Positions 22,632 to 31,308 of a stretch of 64,000 nt of DNA are shown piece by piece (positions within the stretch are counted from its first letter, which is position 1; each line of letters starts with the position of its first letter). The DNA is taken from NCBI GenBank assembly GCA_963837165.1, contig CAWIMD010000002.1:903029-967028 (forward strand), written 5' to 3'. This DNA is from Vicinamibacteria bacterium (GTDB lineage Bacteria > Acidobacteriota > Vicinamibacteria > Vicinamibacterales > JAENWD01). The notes below the pieces were generated by a model that did not search any database, was not told where the DNA came from, and saw nothing but the letters and a program-made list of their open reading frames with translations. The translations under genes and the position numbers were made by a program.

Positions 22632-23624
22632 ATGTTCTTCCGCGGACAGACTGTCGGGAAGTACAAGATCCTCGCGCCGCTCGGCAGCGGAGGATTTGGC
22701 ACGGTCTACCTCGCGCAGGACACCTGGCTCGACAAGAAGGTCGCCCTCAAGGTTCCCCATCGCCAGCAGAATCTCGACCTCGGCGAGCTGCTGCACGAGC
22801 CGCGGCTGCTCGGCAGCCTGAACCACCCCAACATCGTCACGGTGCTCACCGCCGAGCAGCAGGAGGGCCTGTTCTTCATCGTGATGGAGTACGTCGCCGG
22901 CGAGACGCTCGAGACCGTGATCCTGCGGGAGGGCGCGCTGGAGATTACGCGCGCGCTGGATTTCTCGGTCCAGATTGCCAACGCCGTGGATCACGCGCAT
23001 CGGAACAACGTGATCCACCGTGATCTCCGGCCCGGCAACGTGCTCGTCTCCGAGCAGGGCCTCGTGAAGGTGGCGGACTTCGGGACGTCGCGCGTGCTCG
23101 AGATCGCGGCGCACGGCACGACGGTCATCGGCAGCCCGCCGTACATGGCGCCCGAGCAGTTTCACGGCCGGGCCGTCTTCGGCTCTGACCTCTACTCGCT
23201 CGGCGTGACCATGTATCAGATGCTGACGGGTATTCTGCCGTACGAGACTCCGTCGCCGGCCGACCTGCAGAAGCTGATGACGGGCGAGCTCGTCTCGGCG
23301 CCCCGGCTCCGGAACCCGAAGATCCCGAAGGCCGTGAACGACATCGTGCTCAAGGCGATGGCGCCCGACCTGGGCGCGCGGTACCAGCGCGCGTCGGACC
23401 TGCTGGCCGACATCCTGTCACTGGGGCGCACGAGCTCGTCCCGCCGGCCCGCGCGCGTGGCCGCCGGCGACGCCACCGGCGCGGGGGGCGCGGCGGCCCA
23501 GCTCCACGACATCCACTCGCGCCTCCGGGCGCGCGAAACACCGCAGTCGCGATTCTGCTGGCACTGCCGCAAGCCCCTGCACGCCCGCTCCGATCGCTGC
23601 CCGTTTTGCGGCGAAGCGCAGTAG
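22632..23624 (+). CDS. Ser/Thr protein kinase (canonical catalytic motifs) with C-terminal zinc-ribbon
   Basis: 330 aa. GSGGFGTVYLA, VALKV, HRDLRPGNVLV, DFGTS, PPYMAPE. C-terminus CWHCRKPLHARSDRCPFCGE. No TM segment. Confidence 0.9.
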   Translation: MFFRGQTVGKYKILAPLGSGGFGTVYLAQDTWLDKKVALKVPHRQQNLDLGELLHEPRLLGSLNHPNIVTVLTAEQQEGLFFIVMEYVAGETLETVILREGALEITRALDFSVQIANAVDHAHRNNVIHRDLRPGNVLVSEQGLVKVADFGTSRVLEIAAHGTTVIGSPPYMAPEQFHGRAVFGSDLYSLGVTMYQMLTGILPYETPSPADLQKLMTGELVSAPRLRNPKIPKAVNDIVLKAMAPDLGARYQRASDLLADILSLGRTSSSRRPARVAAGDATGAGGAAAQLHDIHSRLRARETPQSRFCWHCRKPLHARSDRCPFCGEAQ

Positions 23625-23654
23625 ATGCGATAATTTCGCCGTAAGGAGAGCCCA

Positions 23655-24623
23655 ATGAGCTTCGGCAGCGGCAAGGTCTGGATGAACGGGACGCTCGTGG
23701 ACTGGAAGGACGCGACCATCCACGTGGCGGCTCACGTCGTGCACTACGGCACCGGCGTCTTCGAGGGCGCCCGCTGCTACCAGACGCCCATGGGATCGGC
23801 CTGCTTCCGGCTCGCCGCACACGTCTCGCGCCTGCTCGACTCCGCGAAGATCTACCGGATGGAGTCGCCCCTCGACCAGTCGGGCTGGGAAACGGCCATC
23901 CTCGACACCATCCGCGCGAACGCCCTCAAGGCCTGCTACATCCGCCCGTTGATGTACCGCGGCTACAACCAGCTGGGCGTGAATCCGCTGCCGTGTCCCG
24001 TGGACACGACCGTGCTGGTCTGGGAGTGGGGCGCCTACCTCGGCGCCGACGCCGTCGAGAAGGGCGTGGACGTGTGCGTGAGCTCGTGGAACCGCGCGGC
24101 GCCGAACACGTTTCCGGCGGCGGCGAAGTCCACCGCCAACTACGCCAACTCCACCCTGATCAAGATGGAGGCCGTCCTCGACGGCTACGCCGAAGGCATC
24201 GCGCTCGACACGCTCGGCTACGTGAGCGAGGGCAGCGGGCAGAACCTGTTCATCGTGCGACGCAATGTGATCTTCACGCCCCCGGTGCACTCCTCCATCC
24301 TCGGCGGCATCACCCGCGACTCGATCATCACGATCGCCCGGGGGCTCGGCTACGAGGTGCGCGAGGAGGTCCTGCCCCGCGAGCTGCTCTATCTGGCCGA
24401 CGAGGCGTTCTTCTGCGGCACCGCGGTCGAGGTGACCCCCATCCGGTCCATCGACAAGGTCGCGATCGGGACTGGCCGTCGGCCCGTCACCGAGGCAATC
24501 CGGCAGACCTTCTTCGAGGTCATCAACGGCGAGCTGCCCGACACGCACGGGTGGCTGACGTTCGTGTACCCGAACGAAGGCCACCTGCGGGAGCGCCCCG
24601 CCGAGACGGCCCGCGTCAGGTAG
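23655..24623 (+). CDS. ilvE: branched-chain amino acid aminotransferase
   Basis: 322 aa. VWMNGTLVDWKDATIHVAAHVVHYGTGVFEGARCY, fold-type IV PLP motifs (EGSGQNLFIV, GITRDSI). AAGGAGAG Shine-Dalgarno upstream. Confidence 0.93.
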   Translation: MSFGSGKVWMNGTLVDWKDATIHVAAHVVHYGTGVFEGARCYQTPMGSACFRLAAHVSRLLDSAKIYRMESPLDQSGWETAILDTIRANALKACYIRPLMYRGYNQLGVNPLPCPVDTTVLVWEWGAYLGADAVEKGVDVCVSSWNRAAPNTFPAAAKSTANYANSTLIKMEAVLDGYAEGIALDTLGYVSEGSGQNLFIVRRNVIFTPPVHSSILGGITRDSIITIARGLGYEVREEVLPRELLYLADEAFFCGTAVEVTPIRSIDKVAIGTGRRPVTEAIRQTFFEVINGELPDTHGWLTFVYPNEGHLRERPAETARVR

Positions 24624-24792
24624 CGCACATGCAGCGCAGACCTGCAGGTCTGCTCAACCGCCGTCGCGGCAGGCCTGTAGCGCAGACCTTCAGGTCTGCC
24701 CCGGTGCGTAGCCCGGCAGACCTGTAGCGCAGACCTTCAGGTCTGCCCCGGCGGGTGGTCCCGGCAGGCCTGCAGGCCTGCGCTACACATGG
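24620..24792. repeat. cluster of four REP-like palindromic units (TGTAGCGCAG + 18-bp palindrome)
   Basis: 18-bp palindromes: GCAGACCTGCAGGTCTGC 24636-24653, GCAGACCTTCAGGTCTGC 24682-24699 and 24729-24746, GCAGGCCTGCAGGCCTGC 24764-24781. The last unit is inverted (..GCGCTACA). Two ~37-bp direct copies lie 47 bp apart (24668 and 24715). Confidence 0.85.
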
Positions 24793-24849
24793 CTCCAGGT
24801 TACGCCCACCCGCCAACCGTGGCAGCGGACCGGGGTAACGCCCGCTCGC

Positions 24850-24879
24850 CAATCCTCCGATAAGGACAGGGGAGGATTG
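24850..24879 (+). promoter_or_regulatory. 9-bp perfect hairpin pairing an upstream UCCUCC with the pilT Shine-Dalgarno
   Basis: CAATCCTCC (24850-24858) / 12-nt loop / GGAGGATTG (24871-24879). GGAGGA ends 10 nt before the pilT ATG at 24887. Confidence 0.45.
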
Positions 24880-24886
24880 TGCGGAC

Positions 24887-26062
24887 ATGCACGTCAACGA
24901 CCTGCTGAAGCTGGCGGTTGAGGCCGGCGCCTCGGACCTGCACTTGAAGGTCGGCAGCTATCCCATGATGCGGGTGCGCGGCGAGCTGGTACCGGCCAGC
25001 GCGTCGGCCCGGCTGACGCACGAGGACACCGTGGGCATGGCCGCTGCGGTCATGTCCACCCAGCAGCGCCAGAAGTTCAAGGACAGCCTCGAGATCGACC
25101 TCGCCTACAGCATCCCCGGCCTCGGGCGGTTCCGCTGCAACGTCTTCCAGCAGCGCGGGACCATCGGCATGGTGCTGCGCGTCATCCCGGTTGGCGTCAA
25201 GAGCGTCGACGAGCTCGGGCTGCCGCCCGTCCTGAAGACCATCGCCTCCGAAGAGCGCGGGCTGGTGCTCGTCACCGGCACGACCGGAAGCGGCAAGTCC
25301 ACCACCCTGGCCGCCCTGGTCAACCACGTCAACTGCAACCGCTGCTCGCACATCGTCACCGTCGAGGACCCGATCGAGTTCCTGCACCGCGACAACCGGG
25401 CGATCGTGAACCAGCGCGAGGTCTCGGTCGACACCCGCTCCTTCGCGCACGCGCTGCGCAGCGCCCTGCGCCAGGACCCCGACGTCATCCTCGTCGGCGA
25501 AATGCGCGACTACGAGACGATCGAGACGGCGCTGCTCGCGTCGGAGACGGGCCACCTGGTGTTCTCGACCCTGCACACGCTCGACGCCGGCGAGACGATC
25601 AACCGCATCATCGCCGTCTTCCCGCCCCACCAGCAGAAGCAGATCCGGATGCAGCTCGCGTCGGTGCTGAAGGCGGTCATCTCGCAGCGCCTGCTGCCCC
25701 GGGCCGATGGCGAGGGCCGCGCCGCCGCGGTCGAGGTGATGATTACCACTCCCTTCATCCGCGACTGCATCGTCGACAAGGAAAAGACGCATCTCATCCA
25801 CTCCGCCATCGCGGCTGGCACCTCGCAGTACGGCATGCAGACGTTCGACCAGGCGATCTTCGCGCTGTTCGAGCAGAAGCTGGTCACCTACGACGAGGCG
25901 CTGCGCTGGGCGAGCAACAAGGACGAGTTCAAGCTGAAGGTGCAGGGCATCTCGACGACCGCCGACGAGACCCGCGACGAGATGGCGCGCAGCCTCTCGG
26001 GCAGCGCGCGCCCGTCGTCGACCGGCGGCGGCCCGCAGATCACCCGATTCAGCCGCGGCTAG
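24887..26062 (+). CDS. pilT: type IV pilus retraction ATPase PilT
   Basis: 391 aa. LLKLAVEAGASDLHLKVGSYPMMRVRGEL, Walker A GTTGSGKSTT, TVEDPIEF, Walker B ILVGEMRD, AIAAGTSQYGMQTFDQA. Confidence 0.93.
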   Translation: MHVNDLLKLAVEAGASDLHLKVGSYPMMRVRGELVPASASARLTHEDTVGMAAAVMSTQQRQKFKDSLEIDLAYSIPGLGRFRCNVFQQRGTIGMVLRVIPVGVKSVDELGLPPVLKTIASEERGLVLVTGTTGSGKSTTLAALVNHVNCNRCSHIVTVEDPIEFLHRDNRAIVNQREVSVDTRSFAHALRSALRQDPDVILVGEMRDYETIETALLASETGHLVFSTLHTLDAGETINRIIAVFPPHQQKQIRMQLASVLKAVISQRLLPRADGEGRAAAVEVMITTPFIRDCIVDKEKTHLIHSAIAAGTSQYGMQTFDQAIFALFEQKLVTYDEALRWASNKDEFKLKVQGISTTADETRDEMARSLSGSARPSSTGGGPQITRFSRG

Positions 26063-26069
26063 CCCCGCA

Positions 26070-26180
26070 CATGTAGCGCAGACCTTCCGCCTCCGCGGCC
26101 GCTGTGGCGGACTCGCCGTCGCCTTGGCGAAGGCGGTCACGGTCTGCCCCGCCATGCAGGCCTGAAGGCCTGCGCTACAT
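26070..26180. repeat. composite REP-like element of the same family as 24620-24792
   Basis: ACATGTAGCGCAGACC (26070..26084) ... GGTCTGC (26141-26147) with a ~56-nt insert in the loop. Then an inverted unit GCAGGCCTGAAGGCCTGC-GCTACA (26156-26179). Ends one base before the recX ATG. Confidence 0.8.
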
Positions 26181-26717
26181 ATGACGAGGGACGAGGTACT
26201 ATCGATCGCCGCCATGCGACCGCACGGGCGAACGCCCCCCGACCCGGGACCGCGAGCCGCGGCCGCAGCAGGCCTCGCCATGCTCTCGCGGCGCGAGCTG
26301 AGCGAGGCGCAGCTCCGGAGCCGCCTCCTGCGGAAAGGCTTCCCCGCCGCATCGGTCGATGCGGCGGTGACGGAGCTGACGACGTCGGGGGCGCTCGACG
26401 ATCGGCGGACCGCTGGCGCCCGCGCCCGCCACGATCTCGTGATCCACCGCCAGGGCCGCGCACGCGTGCTGCGGCAGGTCCGGGCGCTGGGCGTGGATGA
26501 CGACACCGCGCGGGAGGCCGTGGCCGCCGCCTACGAAGACGTGGACGAGGACCGCCTGCTGACCGAGGCCCTGTCCCGGCGCCTCAGGGGGCAGCCTCCG
26601 CCGACCGACCCCAAGGCCGTGCGCCGGCTGCAGGCCTGGCTGCTCCGCCAGGGCTTTGACGCCGATGCCGTGCGTCAACTCCTCCGGCGGCGGCTTCGAG
26701 TCGGCGACGAGGGCTGA
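26181..26717 (+). CDS. recX: RecA regulator RecX
   Basis: 178 aa. Three-helix repeats typical of RecX (LSRRELSEAQLRSRLLRKGFPAASVDAAVTELTTSGALDDRR...; LLRQGFDADAV). No recA adjacent. Confidence 0.85.
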   Translation: MTRDEVLSIAAMRPHGRTPPDPGPRAAAAAGLAMLSRRELSEAQLRSRLLRKGFPAASVDAAVTELTTSGALDDRRTAGARARHDLVIHRQGRARVLRQVRALGVDDDTAREAVAAAYEDVDEDRLLTEALSRRLRGQPPPTDPKAVRRLQAWLLRQGFDADAVRQLLRRRLRVGDEG

Positions 26718-26882
26718 GGCGCGGAAGAAGCAGTACGCTCCCGTGTGAATTCCCGCCACGATGGCGGGAACTCAAACCTCCCCGGGAGAATCGGCAGCGA
26801 ATTGTCTCCGCGGCGCGGCACTCGACTTGCATCCGAAGTATTGGATTTTTCGTCCTCGGACTTGTCCCCCCGGAGGTGCCCC

Positions 26883-28076
26883 ATGCGGCGCGACCTCGCA
26901 CTCCTCACGGTCGTCGTATTCCTGGGCACGGCGTGGATCCTCGGCCCGGGTCCTGCCGTCGCGCGATCTGACCCGATCGAACAACTGGGCAAGGCGCTGT
27001 TCTTCGATCCGAACCTCTCGACGCCGCCCGGCCAGTCCTGCGCCGCCTGTCACGGAGCGGCGACGGGCTTTACAGGGCCCATTTCCGTCATCAATGCCGG
27101 GTCATCGGTCTATCCGGGCGCCGTGCATCAACGCGCGGGCAACCGGAAGCCACCAGCCGCTGCCTATGCGGGTCGCAGCCCCGCGCTCCACCTGGATGAG
27201 GACGAGGACGTGTGGGAAGGCGGAGTCTTCTGGGACGGCCGAGCCACGGGCTGGACTCTGGGGGACCCACTGGCCGAGCAGGCCATGGGGCCGTTCCTCA
27301 ACAACCTCGAACAGAACATGCCCCAGGCCACACAGGTCATCGATCGGGTGGCGAAGTCGGACTATGCGGCCCTGTTCGAGGCCGTCTGGGGCCCGGGGTC
27401 GCTGAGCGCGAAGAAGGCCACAGCGGCCGCCACTTACGCGAGGATCGCCCGGTCCATCGCCGCCTACGAGCGCTCGAGCGAAGTCAATCCCTTCAGCTCG
27501 AAGTACGACGCCTACCTCCGCGGCGACGCGACGCTGTCGCAGGAGGAGGCTGACGGCCTGGCCCTGTTCGACGGCAAGGCGATGTGCGCCGGATGCCATC
27601 CGAGTCAGCCTGGCCCGAACGACGAGCCGCCGCTTTTCACCGACTTCACGTACGACAATCTCGGCCTACCGCGCAACCCGCGCAACCCCTTCTACTCGGC
27701 CCCGCATAGCATCAATCCCGCGGGCAGCGCGTGGGTGGATCCGGGCCTGGGAGGCTTCCTGGCCGGCGCGGGATACCCGGAGAGCGTCTGGATGCCCGAG
27801 TTCGGCAAGCAGAAGGTGCCTACCCTGCGCAACGTGGCGAAGGCCCCTGGGCCTGGCTTCATCAAGGCGTACGGCCACAACGGATACTTCAAGAGCCTGG
27901 ACGCGATCGTGCACTTCTACAACACGCGGGACGTGGAACCCTGGCCGTCGCCAGAGGTTCCGGACACCATGAACATGGACGAGCTCGGCAACCTCGCCTT
28001 GACGCCTGCCGAGGAACAGGCCCTCGTGGCGTTCCTGAAGACGCTCAGCGACGGCTGGACCCCGCCGTCGCCGTGA
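26883..28076 (+). CDS. di-haem cytochrome c peroxidase / MauG-family protein
   Basis: Start moved to ATG 26883 (MRRDLALLTVVVFLGTAWILG, signal peptide) within track ORF 26745..28076. Two CxxCH motifs (CAACHG, CAGCHP). C-terminal GHNGYFKSLDAIVHFYN. Confidence 0.85.
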   Translation: MRRDLALLTVVVFLGTAWILGPGPAVARSDPIEQLGKALFFDPNLSTPPGQSCAACHGAATGFTGPISVINAGSSVYPGAVHQRAGNRKPPAAAYAGRSPALHLDEDEDVWEGGVFWDGRATGWTLGDPLAEQAMGPFLNNLEQNMPQATQVIDRVAKSDYAALFEAVWGPGSLSAKKATAAATYARIARSIAAYERSSEVNPFSSKYDAYLRGDATLSQEEADGLALFDGKAMCAGCHPSQPGPNDEPPLFTDFTYDNLGLPRNPRNPFYSAPHSINPAGSAWVDPGLGGFLAGAGYPESVWMPEFGKQKVPTLRNVAKAPGPGFIKAYGHNGYFKSLDAIVHFYNTRDVEPWPSPEVPDTMNMDELGNLALTPAEEQALVAFLKTLSDGWTPPSP

Positions 28077-28080
28077 CGGG

Positions 28081-28109
28081 CAGGGCCCTGGGCCAGGCCC
28101 AGGGCCCTG
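28081..28109 (+). terminator. perfect 14-bp-arm palindrome 5 nt after the peroxidase stop (candidate terminator, weak U-tract)
   Basis: CAGGGCCCTGGGCC-a-GGCCCAGGGCCCTG followed by TTGCCTTCT. Confidence 0.5.
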
Positions 28110-28220
28110 TTGCCTTCTCGCTCCTCACGCCTCCGCCTACTCCGCAGCCGGCCGCCGCGCGGAATGTACTTTGCCAACATATACTGCACTGAAGTAGATT
28201 AGCCGGCGGAGGCCCGTCTC

Positions 28221-28553
28221 ATGGCGCACGACGAGTTGAAGAAGGGCAGCACCGAGCTGCTGGTGCTGGCCCTGCTCGAAGCGCGGCCGCGGCATGGGTA
28301 CGAGATTGGCAAGCTGATCGAGGTCCGCTCGGGCGGGCGCCTCACCTTCCGGATTGGATCCCTGTACCCGGTCCTGTGCCGGCTCGAGGATCGCGGCCTC
28401 ATCGCCGGCCGCTGGGTCGAGAAGGCGGGCGAGCGCCGGCGGCGCTTCTACCGGCTCACCGCGGAGGGGCGTGCGACCCTGCGCCAGGAGCGGAGCAACT
28501 GGCAGGATTTCATCGCGGCGGTCAACCGGATCGTCGGAGGGTCCCATGCCTGA
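28221..28553 (+). CDS. PadR-family transcriptional regulator
   Basis: 110 aa. LLVLALLEARPRHGYEIGKLIE...GSLYPVLCRLEDRGLIAGRWVEKAGERRRRFYRLTAEGRATL. Confidence 0.92.
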   Translation: MAHDELKKGSTELLVLALLEARPRHGYEIGKLIEVRSGGRLTFRIGSLYPVLCRLEDRGLIAGRWVEKAGERRRRFYRLTAEGRATLRQERSNWQDFIAAVNRIVGGSHA

Positions 28554-31269
28554 GTGGCAGCCCTACGTCCGCCGCCACCTGCGCCTCGAGGGCCTGCGCC
28601 CGGAGCGGCAGGCCGAGATCGTCGAGGATCTCGCACAGCAGCTCGAGGATGTCTATCGCGACGCCCTGGCGCGCGGCCTGTCGGCCGAGCACGCGGCCGC
28701 AGACGCCCGACGGCACATCCCGGACTGGGAGGCGCTGTCGCGCGATCTGCGCCGATCCGGACGGCTCCGGGCGCCCGCGACCGAGCGGGCGGCGCACGGC
28801 CTCGCCGTCGCGGCGGCGAGCGGTCCGGGATGGCGGTCGGTCCTCGCGGGCGTGCTGCAGGACGTCTGGTTTGCCGGGCGCATGATGCGCCGCAATCCGG
28901 GGTTCACGGCAGCCACCGTGTTGACGCTGGCGCTGGGCATCGGCGCCAACACGACGATCTTCAGCTGGATCGACACGATCCTGCTGCAACCGCTGCCCGG
29001 CACCGGCGACCCCTCGCGCCTGGTGGAGATCGTCACCCTCTCCAGGACCGAGTCCTACACGAACATGTCGTATCCGGACTTCCGCGATTTCCGCGAACGG
29101 GCGACGACCCTGGACGGCCTCACGGTCCACGACTTCGTCCCGGCGGCGCTCGAGGCGTCCGGCGGCGCCGAGCGCATCTGGGTCGAGATCGTGGCCGACA
29201 ACTTCTTCGACGTGCTGCGCGTCCGCCCCGTTCTCGGGCGAACCTTTCTCCCCGAGGAGGGCGCCGCCCCGATCCCGGTCGTGGTGATCAGCGATCGGCT
29301 CTGGCGTCGCCGCTACGCATCCGATCCTGGGATCGTGGGCAGGAGCGTGCGCATCAACCGCCAGCCGTTCGCGGTCGTCGGGGTGGCCCCCGCGGAGTTC
29401 GCCAGCGGGTTCACGGGCCTGGCCATGGACGTCTGGGCGCCGGCCCTGATGTCGAGCGCCTTCATGCCGGGCCCCAGCCGCATTCCCATGCGCGGCAACC
29501 ACTGGCTGAACACGCTGGGGCGCCTGAAGCCGGGCGTGTCTCCCGATCAGGCCGCACGCGAGCTCTCCGCCATCGCCGGGCGGATCGCGCGGACGGCCGG
29601 CGATGGCACCGCGCCCCACATGGGCGCCTTCCCGCTCTGGCGGTCGCCACACGGCGCGCAGTCGATCCTCGGCCCGGTGCTCCTCGTCCTCATGGGCGTC
29701 GTCGGCATCATCCTCGTGATCGCGTGCGCCAACGTGGCTAGCCTCCAGCTGTCGCGCGCCGCGGCGCGCCGGCAGGAGCTCGCGGTGCGGCTGTCGATCG
29801 GATGCAGCCGCAGACGCCTGGTCCGCCAGCTGATCACCGAGAACCTCGTGCTGGTGACGTGCGCCGCGGCAGCGGCGGTCGCCGCCCAGATCTGGACGGC
29901 CGGGCTGCTCGCCTCCTTCGTGCCTCCCAGCGACCTGCCGGTGGCGCTCCAGGTCCACCTGAACCTGCCCGTGCTGGCGTTCACGGCTGCGCTGGCGCTC
30001 GGCAGCGCGGTCGCCTTCGGCCTGGCGCCCGCGCTGAAGGCCACGCAAGGCGATCTCATGTCGGGCCTGAAGACCGAGGGCGGACACGCTGCCGCCCGGA
30101 AGACCTGGGCGTCCACCGGCCTGGTGGCGGTGCAGCTGGCGTTCTCGCTCCTGCTGCTGATCTCGGCCAGTCTGTTCATCCGGAGTGTTCGCAACGCCCG
30201 ATTGTTCGACCCCGGATTCAAGGCCGACCACATGCTGCTGGCGTCGGTCGATCTGTTTGCCGGCGGCTACGACGGCGACCGCGGGCCGCAGGCGGTGGCT
30301 GCCATCCTGGCCGCCGTGCGGCAGCTCCCCGGGGTCGAGTCCGCCAGCCTTGCGCGACGCGTCCCGCTCGCGCTGGCCAGCCGCAACAGCTCGACGACGC
30401 TCGATCCGGAAGGGTTCGATCAGCCGAAGGACGCGCCGGCCTGGGCGCACCTCAACTGGGTCGGACCGGACTACTTCCAGACCATGCGGATCCCGGTGCT
30501 GGAGGGGCGCGAGTTCTCCACCGCGGACCGACCCGACGATCCCGAGGTCCTCGTCGTCAACCAGACGTTCGCCGACCGGTACTGGGGCGGCCGGAATCCC
30601 GTCGGCAGACGCATCCGGTTCTCCGAGCGCTGGTACCCCGTGGCGGGCGTCGTGGCGGACTCGAAGTACCGCAGCCTCAACGAGCCGGCGGCGCCGTTCG
30701 TGTACCTGGGCACCACGTGGAACTACCGTCCCGACATCACGCTGCACGTCCGGACGTCCGGCGACCCGATGGCGCTCGCCGGCGCCGTGCGATCGGTCGT
30801 GCGGGCGGTGGACCCCGCTCTCCCGGTGTTCGGGGTCGCGACGCTCCAGCGCGCCATGGTGGCGGCCTTCTTCCAGCAGCGGCTGGCCGCCGCGCTGCTG
30901 ACGGCGTTCGGAGTGCTGGCCGTCGTGCTGGCGTCGGTCGGGCTGTACGCCTCGATGTCGTACGCCGTCGCGCGCCGGACGCGCGAGCTGGGCATTCGCG
31001 TCGCGCTGGGCGCCACGCGACGCGACATCGCGCGTCTGATCGCCGGGCGGGCGCTTCGGATCACGACCGTCGGGGTCATCGCGGGCACGGTCATGGCCGC
31101 CGCCGGGACGCGGCTGTTCGCCGGTCTGCTGTTCGGCGTGACGCCAACCGACCCGGCGACGTTCGGTGCCGTCGTCCTGCTCCTGGTCGTGGTGGCACTC
31201 GTGGCCAGCGCCGTGCCGGCACGGCGGGCCGCCAGTCTCGATCCCGTGGAGGCCCTGCACCACGAGTGA
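28546..31269 (+). CDS. duplicated FtsX/MacB-type ABC permease (ADOP family)
   Basis: 908 codons from ATG 28546 (8-nt overlap with padR). Cytoplasmic leader MPEWQPYVRRHLRLEGLRPERQAEIVEDLAQQLEDVY, then two periplasmic-domain + 4-TM FtsX modules. The PadR + duplicated permease pairing is characteristic of Acidobacteria. Confidence 0.85.
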   Translation: MPEWQPYVRRHLRLEGLRPERQAEIVEDLAQQLEDVYRDALARGLSAEHAAADARRHIPDWEALSRDLRRSGRLRAPATERAAHGLAVAAASGPGWRSVLAGVLQDVWFAGRMMRRNPGFTAATVLTLALGIGANTTIFSWIDTILLQPLPGTGDPSRLVEIVTLSRTESYTNMSYPDFRDFRERATTLDGLTVHDFVPAALEASGGAERIWVEIVADNFFDVLRVRPVLGRTFLPEEGAAPIPVVVISDRLWRRRYASDPGIVGRSVRINRQPFAVVGVAPAEFASGFTGLAMDVWAPALMSSAFMPGPSRIPMRGNHWLNTLGRLKPGVSPDQAARELSAIAGRIARTAGDGTAPHMGAFPLWRSPHGAQSILGPVLLVLMGVVGIILVIACANVASLQLSRAAARRQELAVRLSIGCSRRRLVRQLITENLVLVTCAAAAAVAAQIWTAGLLASFVPPSDLPVALQVHLNLPVLAFTAALALGSAVAFGLAPALKATQGDLMSGLKTEGGHAAARKTWASTGLVAVQLAFSLLLLISASLFIRSVRNARLFDPGFKADHMLLASVDLFAGGYDGDRGPQAVAAILAAVRQLPGVESASLARRVPLALASRNSSTTLDPEGFDQPKDAPAWAHLNWVGPDYFQTMRIPVLEGREFSTADRPDDPEVLVVNQTFADRYWGGRNPVGRRIRFSERWYPVAGVVADSKYRSLNEPAAPFVYLGTTWNYRPDITLHVRTSGDPMALAGAVRSVVRAVDPALPVFGVATLQRAMVAAFFQQRLAAALLTAFGVLAVVLASVGLYASMSYAVARRTRELGIRVALGATRRDIARLIAGRALRITTVGVIAGTVMAAAGTRLFAGLLFGVTPTDPATFGAVVLLLVVVALVASAVPARRAASLDPVEALHHE

Positions 31270-31308
31270 GCCGCGCGGGCGCGGGTCGGGCATGTACAAT
31301 TGCCCCTG

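Noticed and set aside
26750-26770. The 8-bp stem TTCCCGCC/GGCGGGAA after recX as a terminator.
   Set aside because: The stem is real, but no U-tract follows. I could not tell whether it is a terminator or part of the peroxidase leader, so I left it out of the feature list.
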